A stretch of 56,063 nucleotides of DNA, filler included, from Dugesia japonica (GCA_001938525.1; 5 parts of 5 records of this genome joined end to end with filler, not necessarily neighbours in it); one strand, 5' to 3'. Positions 10,376-22,693 are shown, counted from the first letter of the whole stretch. The notes: generated by a model from the letters alone, not told the origin. Program-made: numbers and translations.

Positions 10376-11183
10376 TTAAAATAAAGAATCTACCAACATT
10401 TCTTTTTCTTTATCTAGATAAAAATAATTATATTTAGTTTTCCAATGGTGATTGGTTTCAAAGTCATATTCTTCTTTAGTATTAAAAGTGTTACTGAATA
10501 AATCATGATAAACATTATCTTTATCTCTTTTGCCTAATTTAAAGAACATGAAACAATTACTATTATTTCTTATTGAATTTTTATCAAGATCATAATATGT
10601 TTGTGATATATAAATCACATTACAATTATTATGTCTTCCTCTAGTAAAGTAAGATTTTTGNNNNNNNNNNNNNNNNNNNNNNNNNNNNNNNNNNNNNNNN
10701 NNNNNNNNNNATTATTAAATTCTTTTTATTACTAGGTAACTTGTCACATGGTACAATTTCAGATGCTTTTGTTGATATTGTAATATTTATATAATCTTGT
10801 TCTAATAAAATATTTGATTTACCTTGTAAAGCATTTGACTTACCTAATTGATCACAATACCAAAAGATTATTTCTTGAGGAGTTAGGTCTTTTGGAATTC
10901 TATCTTGTATTTCATCTGAAAAGATGTTTATTAAATCTTGTTTACCTAAACCTTGACTAAATCCATGATATAGTAATTGGATTTCAATTTGGTTAATGGT
11001 TGTTGAAAATAAAATTAAATTATTGTAATCAATAAAACCTGGTGTTAGTAAAATCTTTAATAGTAAAACATTTTTCCCACATCCTGATGAGCCAATAATT
11101 AAACATCTAAATTGAGGTGGAAATATTTCATGTTTAAATTTACTTGAACTATTTTTCCAAATTGGTTGTAAAGATGTTGCCAT
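10376..11183 (-). CDS. A32/FtsK-like genome packaging ATPase (one gene across an N gap)
   Basis: Walker A IIGSSGCGKN. After the gap the sequence reads KSYFTRGRHNNCNVIYISQ...SIRNN, in frame with 10376..10618. Walker B falls in the gap. Confidence 0.9.
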
Positions 11184-11244
11184 TTTTATTATAATTAATT
11201 TGAACTGTTGTCAGCTGTCAGCTAGTTGCCTATAAGCTAGTTGC

Positions 11245-12609
11245 CTATAAGCTAGTCAACTGTAATTCATTTTTATAAAATCTACCCAAAATCTTTTCTC
11301 CATCTGAATTCATGATATTAAAAGTCAATACTCCATCAAATGGTTTAGATGTATTATTTTCTCTATTAATTTTATAAATTGTATAAATTTCTCTAGACCA
11401 ATTTATTGTATAACCTTTTTCAAACTTGTCTTTAAATCTAAATATTCTAACTCGATCACCAATCTTTAATTTCCTGCTAGGTGTTTTGAAATTTTTAATA
11501 GTTGTATTCCATTTAACTGTTTTGGTAAATAATTGTTCTGGATTTTTACTAGCTTCATTTGGTGTTTTGTTAATCGAACTGTGAACTGTATTATTGTAAT
11601 CATCAACTATAGAATTAAATAAATTAATATTCCACTTTTGATTATTCTGTTTGGTAAAAATTTTGTATAATCTTCTTTTGAATGTTTTAATTACTCTTTC
11701 AACAAAAACTGCTTTACCTCTCATTTCTGTATTTAATGAAGTTGAATATAAATTAATATTATTTTCTTGACAAAACTCTTGAAATATTTTATTATAAAAC
11801 TGTTTTCCATGATCTACCCATAAATTATTAGGAATTCGATTACTTTTTTCAATTATACTTTCTAATCCATTTGTTACATCTTGACCAGTTTTATTTTCAA
11901 GAACTTCAATAAATATAAATCTAGTATATAAATCAATTATTATTAAAACTGGAACTTGTTTTCGTTCAATATGAAAACCATTAGGTGAACCTAGAAACAT
12001 TAAATCTGCTGACCAAGTTTCATCTTTAAAGAATAATTTTACTTTAAGAAAATGTTTATTTTTATTAAAAGGTTTATGTAATTCATCTTCTGCTGTCATT
12101 CCAGATCCTGTCATAGTCATTCCACTTCCAAACATAATCTTTCCCTTCATTGCCAATTTAACTATTCCTCTTTGAATTTTTTCAGAAGTTGATGGATTTT
12201 GTATATTATTTAAATCATGTATTAGATTAACATCTGCCAAATGCCTATCTCTAATATCTGTTGAATTATAACTAATATCATGTTTTAAAGCTGCTTGATC
12301 AACTCTATTTACTGGTTCTTCACCAGGTTTTGGATTATTGTTTTCATCCAATCTAATATCCAATCTTGTTCCTGGCCCAGTATAATTATGATTAAACAAA
12401 TGCCTTTCACCATGATATTTTTCTGTAGTAAAAGGTTTTAATAAAGTACTTGTTAGTTTACTATTTTGAAGATCATTGCCTATAGTCGATTGCTCATTGC
12501 CAACAACCCTTTCAGGGTACTTTTTTGAACATGATTTAAAATGTCTTGTTCTATGACTTTTTGCTAAATATCTATTGCATAATAAACAAAATTCTTTTTC
12601 TCCAGACAT
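11245..12609 (-). CDS. Zinc finger - parvovirus-type phospholipase A2 - RVE (c-integrase) fusion protein
   Basis: CxxC...H...C at the N-terminus. PLA2 calcium loop NYTGPGT and catalytic DQAALKHDISY...AD. Integrase triad WSAD / WVDHG / VER plus YNNTVHSSI and KIGDRVRI...FEKGY. The 454-aa ORF is uninterrupted. Confidence 0.93.
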   Translation of the reverse strand: MSGEKEFCLLCNRYLAKSHRTRHFKSCSKKYPERVVGNEQSTIGNDLQNSKLTSTLLKPFTTEKYHGERHLFNHNYTGPGTRLDIRLDENNNPKPGEEPVNRVDQAALKHDISYNSTDIRDRHLADVNLIHDLNNIQNPSTSEKIQRGIVKLAMKGKIMFGSGMTMTGSGMTAEDELHKPFNKNKHFLKVKLFFKDETWSADLMFLGSPNGFHIERKQVPVLIIIDLYTRFIFIEVLENKTGQDVTNGLESIIEKSNRIPNNLWVDHGKQFYNKIFQEFCQENNINLYSTSLNTEMRGKAVFVERVIKTFKRRLYKIFTKQNNQKWNINLFNSIVDDYNNTVHSSINKTPNEASKNPEQLFTKTVKWNTTIKNFKTPSRKLKIGDRVRIFRFKDKFEKGYTINWSREIYTIYKINRENNTSKPFDGVLTFNIMNSDGEKILGRFYKNELQLTSL

Positions 12610-12629
12610 TTTTTTTAAAAATGATTTGC

Positions 12630-12731
12630 TTATAGCTTAATTTTTCTAACATCTTCCCCTTTAATATTTTCTACAAACATTACTTTACCATTACTTATTT
12701 TCAATTCAACATGTTTCTCTAATAGTATTAA
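12630..12731 (-). CDS. C-terminal fragment of the major capsid protein (truncated by the spacer)
   Basis: Translates to LLEKHVELKISNGKVMFVENIKGEDVRKIKL*, matching the end of 24432..25832 (LEEKHVEMKLANNKIVLVENIRG). Confidence 0.8.
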   Translation of the reverse strand, partial: LILLEKHVELKISNGKVMFVENIKGEDVRKIKL

Positions 12732-12831
12732 NNNNNNNNNNNNNNNNNNNNNNNNNNNNNNNNNNNNNNNNNNNNTTAATTAATTAANNNNNNNNNNNNN
12801 NNNNNNNNNNNNNNNNNNNNNNNNNNNNNNN
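12732..12831. other. Artificial assembly spacer
   Basis: 44 N + TTAATTAATTAA (stops in all six frames) + 44 N. Confidence 0.95.
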
Positions 12832-15216
12832 ACCACAACCAAATCTTTAAAACTACAAAAAGTTATCTCCAAGATCTTCAGCTCCTCCTCTTCGTTTTTA
12901 CCACTCTTACACACACAAACAAACTGAACTTGACTTAGTTTTTAAAAACCACCTTAGCAACCCAAGCACACACAAAATTTAAAAATACACACACTTTCAG
13001 GAACAAAAAAACTGATCCAATCAAAAAAAAATTTGATTCGATCAAAAATTTTTTGATCTCAAAAATCTTAGAGAAAAAAAACAAGCCCAAAAATCATATC
13101 TGAAAAGCGCAGCTCAAGCGAAATGTGTTTCCGAACCCTCCGGGGTAGGGGTGATTTATATAATTGTGCCCGTGTGCCACTAATTTTGTATTTTCTTATT
13201 TTTGATCTCGGATTTCCATCTCTTTTAGCTTTAATTTCTCAGCGGAAATCCACCATGGTTCTCTATCCGTTCTGAGGTCACTCCACGAGTCATATATTAT
13301 TGGCATATTTTTGGCGGCGGAGCTGAAATCTCCATCTATGTAATGACTTCATGGCCTCCAAATTCGCTTTTTTTCTAGACATTTTTAAATAATATTATAC
13401 TTCAAATCATTTATATTTTAAATATTATTTCAAGTTCAATAAATTTATCACTAATTCTCTTTATATTTTTAATTAATATTATGTATCCTAGTAAGGAGGT
13501 GAGATTCCTCGGCGAGAGCTTTGTACCTTATTGTTCTCAGGAACTGACACCACCCGTCTCGCTACCTTATATTAGTTCATAGATTTTAAGTCGCATGCAT
13601 ATATTTTATGAAAATTTAAATTATGATCATCATCGTTAATTTACGATTTGCGATTTATAAATATATTCATCACTTAGTTAAAAACTTTTACTGTTTTTCA
13701 TTTTAGAGAATATATAACTGTTTCAAAATAGGTACTTTGATTTAATTCAATTATTCATATAGAAGTTTTTTGGGAAAAGGTTAAATAAATAAATTGTCAA
13801 AATGATATTACTTTCAAAACCTATTTCAATCTTAAATTTCATTTCCAATATCACTATATCAATACACAATCAATTTTGCTTAATACACCATTCTATTATC
13901 ATTTGACATTACACCAAAATTCCTTTTCGATAGGAAATATGACTTCATTAAACCTTCATCAATCTTTCAGCTGACTTTCCTTAACTACGAGTTTAATGCT
14001 CATTATTACTTTGTCGACTACACAATTTAAGGTCTGACTTATAAAACAGATTCCTATTCAAGTTATCTAATTTTACTTTCCAATATTAAAATTTATTCAC
14101 ACAAACAGTATTGGCGTGTTAGTATTTTAGTCACTGAAGAAAATTAAGCAAAATTAGTAACCACAATTTCTAATGTAGGATCAATCGATTTATTATTATA
14201 AATAATAACTTAATATTAATCTTTTGAAGTAAAATTTATATAAAATAAAACTAAATATTGCTAATCATTTAAATTCCAAGAAATGTTACTAATGATATTT
14301 TAATCAATTATTTATCAATGTTGTTTGTTAGTATTAAATAACTAAACTAAAAAACTATAACTAACAAACTTAAAACAAGCATAATTTAAATCATAGATAC
14401 ATATGAATGTTACAAAAAAAAATAAAATGAAGAATGCAAGTTACGGTCATCTAAAATTATCACCAGTTTTATATCAGCTGCCCCATTTTTCATTCATCTT
14501 CAAATATAAACCTTAAATCATCGGCTTTACCCATCTTTGATTATGTTTTATTACATAGAGCATAACGTTACATTAGCGACTCTTCATTTGAGTTCGTCTC
14601 CTTGTATGACACCTAGACATTTAATTCATGCGGTTCAATATCGGCCAGAACCAGTAGATTATTTCGGATAACCAGTTTTATCGCCAAACTGTAAAATTAC
14701 TTTGTGAATAACTCGAGCTGTATCTGAATCGTATCTCTATCATTATTATTTTTACTATTATAATTATTTTTTAGCACTAGTATGGGTATTAACGCTACCG
14801 TCATTCATTATTAATACTGTCACAAAATTTTGGTATGTTTATCATTGTCGCATCCTATTGCGCTCGTTAATATTATTAGTTTACATTATACCCTCTCCTA
14901 CTCTTCCGTCATACTCTCATGCAAAGTGATAAATAACTACTTAAAAATACAATTTCGTTTGTAGTGATAGTGTTATGTGTGTTATTTTATTGATAATCAA
15001 TACAAAATTCTTTAGTAATTATTAAAACCAAACATGAATATTGACGGTTTCTTTTCGTCTATACATTTACACTTTATCTAAGTAGGTAATTATTATTTTT
15101 ATTTTTCAGAATCACAAGTTGATATTTAATACTTGGTTTTGTGTTATTAATTACTTATTAAGTAAGACCTTTTTGATTAATTATATTAATAAAAAAAAAG
15201 TTGTAATCCTCTCATA

Positions 15217-16983
15217 ATGAGTAAGACATCAAAAGTTTGGGAAAATATTTCAAAATGAAATAATGAACAAGCTCAGTGTATTGTTAAAAGTTGTGTTAAA
15301 ATCAGTTGTAAGGGAGGAAACACAACTGCAATGAAAAATCATTTAGTCAAAAAACATGATACTAAAATTCGACAACCTTTAGAAGATCCATAGTCCGTGA
15401 AAGCCAAAAGAACTAAAGTGTATAGACTGTAAATATTCGCATATGTACACAGAGAATCCTTAAATGAAAGTTTAGCAAAATGTGCAGCAAAAGACGGCTT
15501 TTCCTTTCTATCTATCACACAGTCAGAAGCTATCAAAGGTTTGTTGATTATCAAAATTATACAATACCAAAAAGTGTTACCACTGTCCAAAACATGTCAT
15601 AGAATTTTTTGAAGAAAAGAAACGAGACCTACAAAATAATAACAAGCTTACTTGGAACTAACATGAAATTTAGCATTACGGTCGATGAGTGAACAGACAA
15701 TAATGTTTGAAGATTCTTAAAAACCACTCTTCATTCCGCTTCTACTAAATTTGTTAAGAGTTTAGTTAAAATAAATGGGATGTGCATATCAGAAGTACTG
15801 GAAAGTTTTGTAAAAAATCATTTACAGGAATATGGAGTTCAACTGAGTATGGGTGTAGTTGCTTCCACCCATCATAGTTAAATACGGAAAGCTAATCGGA
15901 ATAGTAAGTCAACTCTACTACAATAATACAACACATTTATTAGTTGTAAAAGCAATATATAAAAACATAACTACAGAAAGAGTAGAAATATTACATGAGG
16001 AGAACATTGCAGATAAGGATGATGATGATAATGGAAGAGACATCGACGAAGTAAATGAAAATTTCTACAACAATAAAAATTTGCTGTTCGAAAAAATATA
16101 GGAACATGAAGACTTTTCTCTAAATTCAACATCAAGCCAGTTTTAGATGATTCAAAAAAAGATTTTTTAAGAAATCAGCAGTTTAAGAGATATTTTATCA
16201 AAGTATGTAGTGCAACAAGAGGGAAAACCTGAAACGCATTTTGGACTGCAAAACACGCAGGAATATACTCGATTTTAAAAATTAAATAACTGTATTAACT
16301 CAGCATTACATGAATTGGTATTCGGAAAAATTTGCTGACGAGGACACTCACGTTTTAAAGAAAGTTTCTTTAAAATTGGAACCTTTAACGGTTGCAGTTT
16401 AAGAACTTAGTAAAAAAATACCAATATTATAACTGCTGAGGGAAACCATCTACATGTATTCAAAAAACTAAAATAAATGAATATGATTAAACATTTACAA
16501 ATTAAAGTTGAGGAACGACGACAAAAAGTCTTAATAACGTTATTATTATTCTTACATCATGGTAGGCTTCCAAAAATACCGATTTTTTAGGTTACTCATC
16601 AACAACAACAATAAAACTACTTGTTCAACAATTAATAAAAAGACTAAATCCAGATAAAATCGAGAACGAAATTTCGAAATCGGATAGTTCCAGCTCCTCT
16701 GATGACACGGACCGCGATTGTGAAAAAACGGACTATGATGAGTTAAAGAAGTCTCTTAATTCATTTACATCAACTAAATTCACAAAATTTACAGACTCGA
16801 GTGCAAATATCGAAAAAAATTTCAAATCCATAGAATTGAATAGAGGAATGCAAAGTGAAGTATTGGTAACGGGTCTTTCTAGTTGCCGGGAATATAATAA
16901 CAAAACTCCGTAGTCGTTTATCAGAAGGCACTCTTAACGAGCTGGTATTCTTAGAAAATTATTTTATAAACAAAAATAAGTAA
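15217..16983 (+). pseudogene. Decayed hAT-family transposase
   Basis: BED finger remnants (SKVW...AQC...GGNTTAMKNHLVKKH), FSITVDE*TD, LDCKTR and a C-terminal dimerisation-like RSRLSEGTLNELVFLENYF. Many stops and frameshifts. Confidence 0.8.
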
Positions 16984-17344
16984 TTAATTAAATTTATTAC
17001 GGTATTTATACTATTTTCAGACATGTGTGTATGTTACTGGCAAAATATAAAAATCAATTAAAATTCACAAAAACTTACTTAATATATAAAAATTTTCTAC
17101 CTTTTTAAAAACCATTTATAGAAATATGTAAATAAATCCACATAAAATAAATAATCAATATATTCGGTTGAGTAAAGTCTTTTCGAATTTTTGTATTGAA
17201 TCAAATAAGCAAAATATTGAAAGTCTAATTAATTTAAAACATGAGAAATATATATTTGTTTTAATATTCAAACTAGCGCGCTCATTGTAATTGTACCTTA
17301 TTTTTAAAACATTTATTCTTATGAGTTGAAATTATAGGAAAAAC

Positions 17345-18220
17345 ATGGAAGACAAGAATCAATATTTTCGTTGTTTTCTTTCCGTAAAGTAAAAAAATGC
17401 TCCGCAAACCAAAAAGAAAATTTATAAGGTGCATAGGGAAAGTGTTGTTAGTGAACGCATATGTCAAAACTCGTTTCAAAAGTTTCGTGCTGGTGATACA
17501 ACATGTGAAGATGGTGAACGCTTAGATAGACACCATTGTTGACAGAGAGTGAACAAATCGAAGGTTTGATTAAGAAAACCCATATTATACAACGTATGAG
17601 ATTGCACGAATATCAATCTGCAATTCATTGCTCAAGGGAAAGTCGATTTGTCAAAAGAATTATTACGGCCGACGAAAAATGGATTTTATAAAATAATGTA
17701 CAGCGCAAAAATCTTGGGAAAAGCCACCAACCACAGCANTGAAAAAACATCACCCAAAAAAGGTAAAAGTATTTGGTAGGACTTGAAAGGAATCATATAC
17801 TATGAGTTGATTAAACAAAATGAAACATACGATTCCATTAAATACTGTCCCATTGGATAAGTTGAAGACAGCAATTGATGAAAAGAGACCAAGCTTGAGC
17901 AATAAATATGGTGTAATCTTTCAACAAGATAACGCAAGACCACATATTTCTTTACAGACCCAACAAAAAAGTTAGTGCAATTTAGCTGGGATGTTTTGTC
18001 CGAACCAGATCTTTACGAGCCAGATCGGGTACCATCAGATTTGTATTTAATCCGAAACTTACATAATTCTCTTAATGGAAAACATTTCAGTTCTTTAGAA
18101 GATTGCCAAAAGCATTTTGTAGAGTTTATCGATCTAAAATTCTCAGAAAAATTCTGGAAGAATGGAATTTTCAAATGACCTGACAAATGGCAAAATATCG
18201 TTGACTTAAATGGTGCATAA
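17345..18220 (+). pseudogene. Decayed mariner (DD34D-type) transposase
   Basis: Remnants of KFRAGDTTCEDGER, DEKWI, HPKKV, KGIIYYEL, QQDNARPH, PSDLYL and FWKNGI, with multiple frameshifts. Confidence 0.88.
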
Positions 18221-19449
18221 ATTGTTGAATAAAATGTTTTATATAAGGAAGGTGCAATAATTCTGTTCTAAAATTAAAATAAGCGATAACGTTAGTTATT
18301 TTTGTAATAAAGTCCAAATAAGAATTATATTCATCAAAGTAGAAGTTACCTCCTTCAAAGAAGAGGTTATTAGGAAATCCTTTGTTTGATTTTAAATCCA
18401 AAATAAGTTTGTTAATTGCCGAAACTAAATTACTTTTGTCCTCAACGAAAGGTGTTTCCTTAATAATAGGAAAGTCCTTGTAAATTTTATTTAATTTGGA
18501 TCGAGTTACTTTAATTTTATTATTCTGTGATTGAGCAGAGAAAGAAGCAGATACATTAAATGAATCAAGAAATAAAATTTCCCATTTTCATATTTTAATT
18601 TCGATTTCAATAGATAATCCGGAAGTTGGTGAGCATTTTTAACTGAAGTTATTATTTTATTTATTTTGTTCTCTCTGTGTGTCTCATTTAGATGTAGTGT
18701 TGAAGAAAAGTCTTTGAACGAACAAAATAAGAACTTTCTAATTGCCATAGGGACAGGAATATAATGGTTATTATCTTCGTTAATATCGCTTATATTTAAA
18801 TTTACAATATGTATTTTATTAATCGGTAAATCAATTTTTAAGGACGGTTTGGGAAAATTATTCTCTTTGAACAAACCAAATTTAACACAGGTGTTGTTGT
18901 TCCTATAGAAAAAATATTTAAAACCATCTATGTTCAGAGGATTTTTACTGAAGTCAGTTTTCTTAATCGCATTATTGATGGTTATATATTTTTTTAGAAT
19001 TTTCTTTCAATTTGATCAAGTTACTTAAACAAGGCATTATCTTAAACAGATTCTGTTTTTCCATGTTGGAAATTATCCTAACTGTAGAATCAAAATCGAT
19101 CCGGGGAACATTTTTACGTGAAATATTAAAATTCTCGAAACTTTTAGATTTTTGATTAATAGTTTTGTAGATCTCATAATTTGGTTAAGAATTAGATCTT
19201 TTGTTGTCAACGTTACAATTAAGTTGATAATTTGAATTCTGATCATTTGAAATTTCTGTATTCAAATTTGTATTATTCTTCTCAGTCAAAATAATTGGCT
19301 TACTCAAATTATTCGCACCATTATTAATGTTAGAATTTTCTTCAAAATTAATCAAATTTGAATTTTCTGAATATCTAATGTAAGTTTATATTGATTTAGA
19401 AATGGATTTTGTATAAATAATCAATTCTAGAAAGCTCATTAAATGAATA

Positions 19450-19900
19450 GTTCAAAACTACATTTCAGGCACGTATTATTATTTTTATTCGCATAAAATG
19501 CTTGAGGAAACATACACTGATGATGTTCGATCTCGTTGTCTAACTGCAAATTCTGGTTAGCAAGATTTTTAACCAGGCGACTTCGATTTGAATGATAAAG
19601 AAAGATCAGGTCAGCGAAACAAGTTTGAAGAGATAGTGAATTACAAGATTATTGAATGAAAACCCCGTTCAAACAGAGAAACAGTTGGCTATGACATTAA
19701 ACACACATCGATCAACAATTTTCATTTATTCCAATCAATGGTAAAATATGCAATTCAATACGTACGAAAATGTCCAAAATTGGGTTTCCAGCTGGATCGA
19801 TTCTAAAGAAAAATCATTTTATCATCGCGGAATATCATTCATGTTGCCAGATTTATCGGGGGAAAGTCATTCTTAACGATGGGAAATACTTTGATTGATT
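19450..19900 (+). pseudogene. Internally deleted mariner remnant
   Basis: GDFDLNDKERSGQ (mariner HTH linker) and terminal NDGKYFD*. Confidence 0.65.
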
Positions 19901-19944
19901 TTAACGTGTCTATTAATATTAAAATTTTTATACTAAAATAGCAG

Positions 19945-20080
19945 ATTATTGATTTCAGAAATTATTTATTAATAATATTATTGATTTTAGAAATTATTTA
20001 TTATTAATATTATTGATTTTAGAAATTATTTATTATTAATATTATTGATTTTAGAAATTATTTATTATTAATATTATTGA
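19945..20080. repeat. AT-rich tandem repeat (TTATTGATTTTAGAAATTATTTATTATTAATA unit)
   Basis: About four tandem copies are visible. Confidence 0.8.
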
Positions 20081-20211
20081 TAAAGATAACCCGGTCGTTA
20101 TCGTCAATGGGAAATAAGGTAATGTGAGCATATATAATAAATGTAATTGTAAATTAATAATATTTTAATAAAAACAAATAAATAATAATTTCCTTGTTGG
20201 AGAATATAAAA

Positions 20212-20994
20212 TTATTCAGTTTTTTTCTTTGGAAATCGATTGGCTGATATTTCCTGGATTTTATTATTCATAGCACGACTCAATTGCTTGTGTTTTATTG
20301 CCTTCGACTGTGACAGAGGTTTAGTTTTCGATTCAAGACTACGCCATGCAGATCGATTAGCAAGCGGACATAAATGAATTTCCGGTTGAGCATGTGTTGA
20401 ACAAAATCGTTTCTTACAAAACTGACAGTTAAATCCAAGAATCGATACAAGTGTTTTACATTTTTCTGGGTTCTGGCAGATTTTATCCATTGATTGGAAA
20501 TGGTCGAACATTTCATCTAAATCGTCAGGAATTTCATTTGTGGATTGTTTTGAGGATTTTGGGCGTTTTGGTTTCTCTATTTATTTCACAGCGATATTAA
20601 ACATTTTTATTTTTATTCAATTTTTACTTTTAACATTAGAAATTGCTGATTTCTCATTTTTCAATTTGGAAGATTGTTTCTCAATAGAAATTGCCAGATC
20701 AGATAATTTAGAATCAATCAATATCAATAAATTATTTTCACAGGACGGTGATTGATTAGATTTTTCAGAAATTTTCAATTCTTTGTGATCTAATGAATCT
20801 GATAAATGATTTTCATTGTCGATTATCACCACATTATTTGACTCGATGTCAGATTTACAATTTTCAATTATTTCCTCGTATTTAGTTTCTTTTTCGATTT
20901 CCAATTTTTTATTCGGATCTGTTCTATAAATAATGAGTTTTCTCTGCTTACCTTCACCAACACTTTCATGATAAAGTTGTAAAGATTCTGCAAG
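20212..20994 (-). CDS. IGHMBP2: 3' exons of a host IGHMBP2/SMUBP-2-like helicase (R3H C-terminal part and AN1 zinc finger)
   Basis: Exon about 20994-20628 begins after TTTTAG with LAESLQLYHESVGEGKQR (R3H). A GT..AG intron of about 51 bp follows. The last exon, 20576-20212, has AN1 finger C...C...CQFCKKRFCSTHAQPEIHLC. R3H followed by AN1 is the IGHMBP2 architecture. The helicase exons are not visible. Confidence 0.75.
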
Positions 20995-21387
20995 CTAAAA
21001 TTTTAAAATTCTTTAAACTATTTCAATGTTTTAGAAATAANNNNNNNNNNNNNNNNNNNNNNNNNNNNNNNNNNNNNNNNNNNNNNNNNNNNNNNNNNNN
21101 NNNNNNNNNNNNNNNNNNNNNNNNNNNNNNNNNNNNNNNNNNNNNNNNNNNNNNNGGAATACCGCACATTTCGAACTCTTAAATGATTTCAAGCGATATA
21201 AGAAAGATTATCGATTCATATTTAAGTGGCCGTTCAAAAACATTCTAAATATTTCTTCATTAACAATATATTCAATTATTTACTAGTGCGTGTTCAAAGT
21301 ACGAGGAAGAAATCAATTAACGATGATTACTTTTTTTCATAACATTATTCAATTAAAATTTTTAATTTAAATCATCATTTTACGATA

Positions 21388-21812
21388 AAAAAATAAATGA
21401 CAAACAGAGTTTTAGCACTGAAAAATGATGCTGTTGGTACTAGAGTATTTGCAGTGTTTGAAGTGAAGTTCCCACATGAAATTATGAACGATTTAAATGA
21501 TTAAAACTTAAAAAATGGAGAAAGAATATGATCGTATTTATCCCGTTATAAATAAAGAAGATCAATCAATTAGAACTGAATCTTTAGCTGATTATAAAAA
21601 TAAATTAAAAACATTGAGAATTAAAGATTTTGAAAATGATTTAACATTTTTAACTGATAAAATAAATCATTATAATAAATTATATAGAAAAAAAATAAAT
21701 GACAAACAGAGTTTAAGCACTGAAAAATGATGCTGTTGGTACTAGAGTATTTGCAATGTTTGAAGTGAAGTTCCCACATGAAATTTTGAACGATTTAAAT
21801 GATTAAAACTTA
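21388..21812 (+). repeat. Pair of about 120-bp direct repeats flanking a Polinton gene fragment
   Basis: AAATAAATGACAAACAGAG...GATTAAAACTTA at about 21388-21510 and 21688-21812, differing at about three positions. Confidence 0.85.
21515..21690 (+). pseudogene. 5' fragment of the Polinton 2-TM protein gene (third variant)
   Basis: RIYPVI...DYKNKLKTLRIKDFENDLTFLTDKINHYNKL aligns with the N-termini of 5475..6167 and 29008..29658. Confidence 0.8.
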
Positions 21813-22204
21813 TCAGGATAAGTAAAAAAATTCAATATCCAAAGAGACGTAAAAAACTCCAAGAAACGGATAAGAAATTCATGTTTTCCAAAGAACGTCA
21901 ACAGATACCTTAGAAACTATGGATGTTACTAAGAATTGTATACGGATTCAACATAAAGTGACAATCTGCAGCAACGAATAGATAGTGTGCTCTACTAAAA
22001 ATTACGCCCCAAAATTAACACTATTTAAAAGTACACACAAATACTGAATTCATATAAATTACGACATGAATTAAAAAAATAATAATCTCCCAGTTAAGTA
22101 CGCTATTGATCCGGAAGGGTATTATAAGGAATACATTTAGGAAAGTCGAATTAATGCCACTTACATGTGTTAATGTAGAACAAGATGATTGGACGATCCA
22201 AAGA

Positions 22205-22500
22205 CATTTGACATCAAATTTTTTAACATAACTTTTTTGACAAAATTTTTTTGACAATTTTTTTAGCATAACTTTTTTGACAAAACTTTTTTGACAAATT
22301 TTTTTTGCCAATTTTTTTAGCATAAAATTTTTTGGACAAAATTTTTTTGACAAAATTTTTTAAAAACAATTTTTTTGACAAAATTTTTTAAAAACAATTT
22401 TTTTGACAATTTTTTAGCATAAAATTTTTTTGACAATTTTTTTTGACAAAATTTTTTTAAAAAATTTTTTTGACAAAATTTTTCTGATATAAAATTTGAT
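22205..22500. repeat. Tandem repeat of TTTTTTGACAAAA-type units
   Basis: More than 12 imperfect copies. Confidence 0.85.
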
Positions 22501-22607
22501 ACTTGAAGTTGCTATAATTTAATTCTTTCTGGTGACAGAAGAACTAACAATGTTGTTGAAGGATGGCACTCTCGTTTTCAAGGTGCTGTTCAATCTAAGC
22601 ATGTGAA

Positions 22608-22693
22608 TACACCCATCCCTCACTTAACACGGTTTCGTTTAACACGGTGATCTGGCAGAACCTATCTTCCGTGTTAAGCGAGGGATGGGTGTA
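22608..22693. mobile_element. 86-bp miniature inverted-repeat element (Tc1/mariner-pogo type, TA ends)
   Basis: TACACCCATCCCTC(A/G)CTTAACACGG is inverted at both ends with one mismatch. Confidence 0.75.

Larger units (their letters stand above)
777..12731 (-). mobile_element. Polinton/Maverick (adintovirus-like) element 1, truncated inside the MCP gene by an assembly spacer
   Basis: Co-oriented core set: MCP C-terminus, PLA2-integrase, ATPase, pX-like protein, penton, cysteine protease and pPolB. A candidate terminus AGTAGAGGG lies at 777 (Polinton ends typically start with AG). The 777-1288 part may belong to a second copy. Confidence 0.92.

Noticed and set aside
12832-13150. Possible 5' end of a non-LTR retrotransposon on the - strand
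   Set aside because: Only compositional resemblance; no ORF is visible before the spacer.
18171-19430. Possible host gene on the - strand (ORFs 18171..18401 and 18506..18874)
   Set aside because: No recognisable motif or convincing exon structure, so left uncalled.
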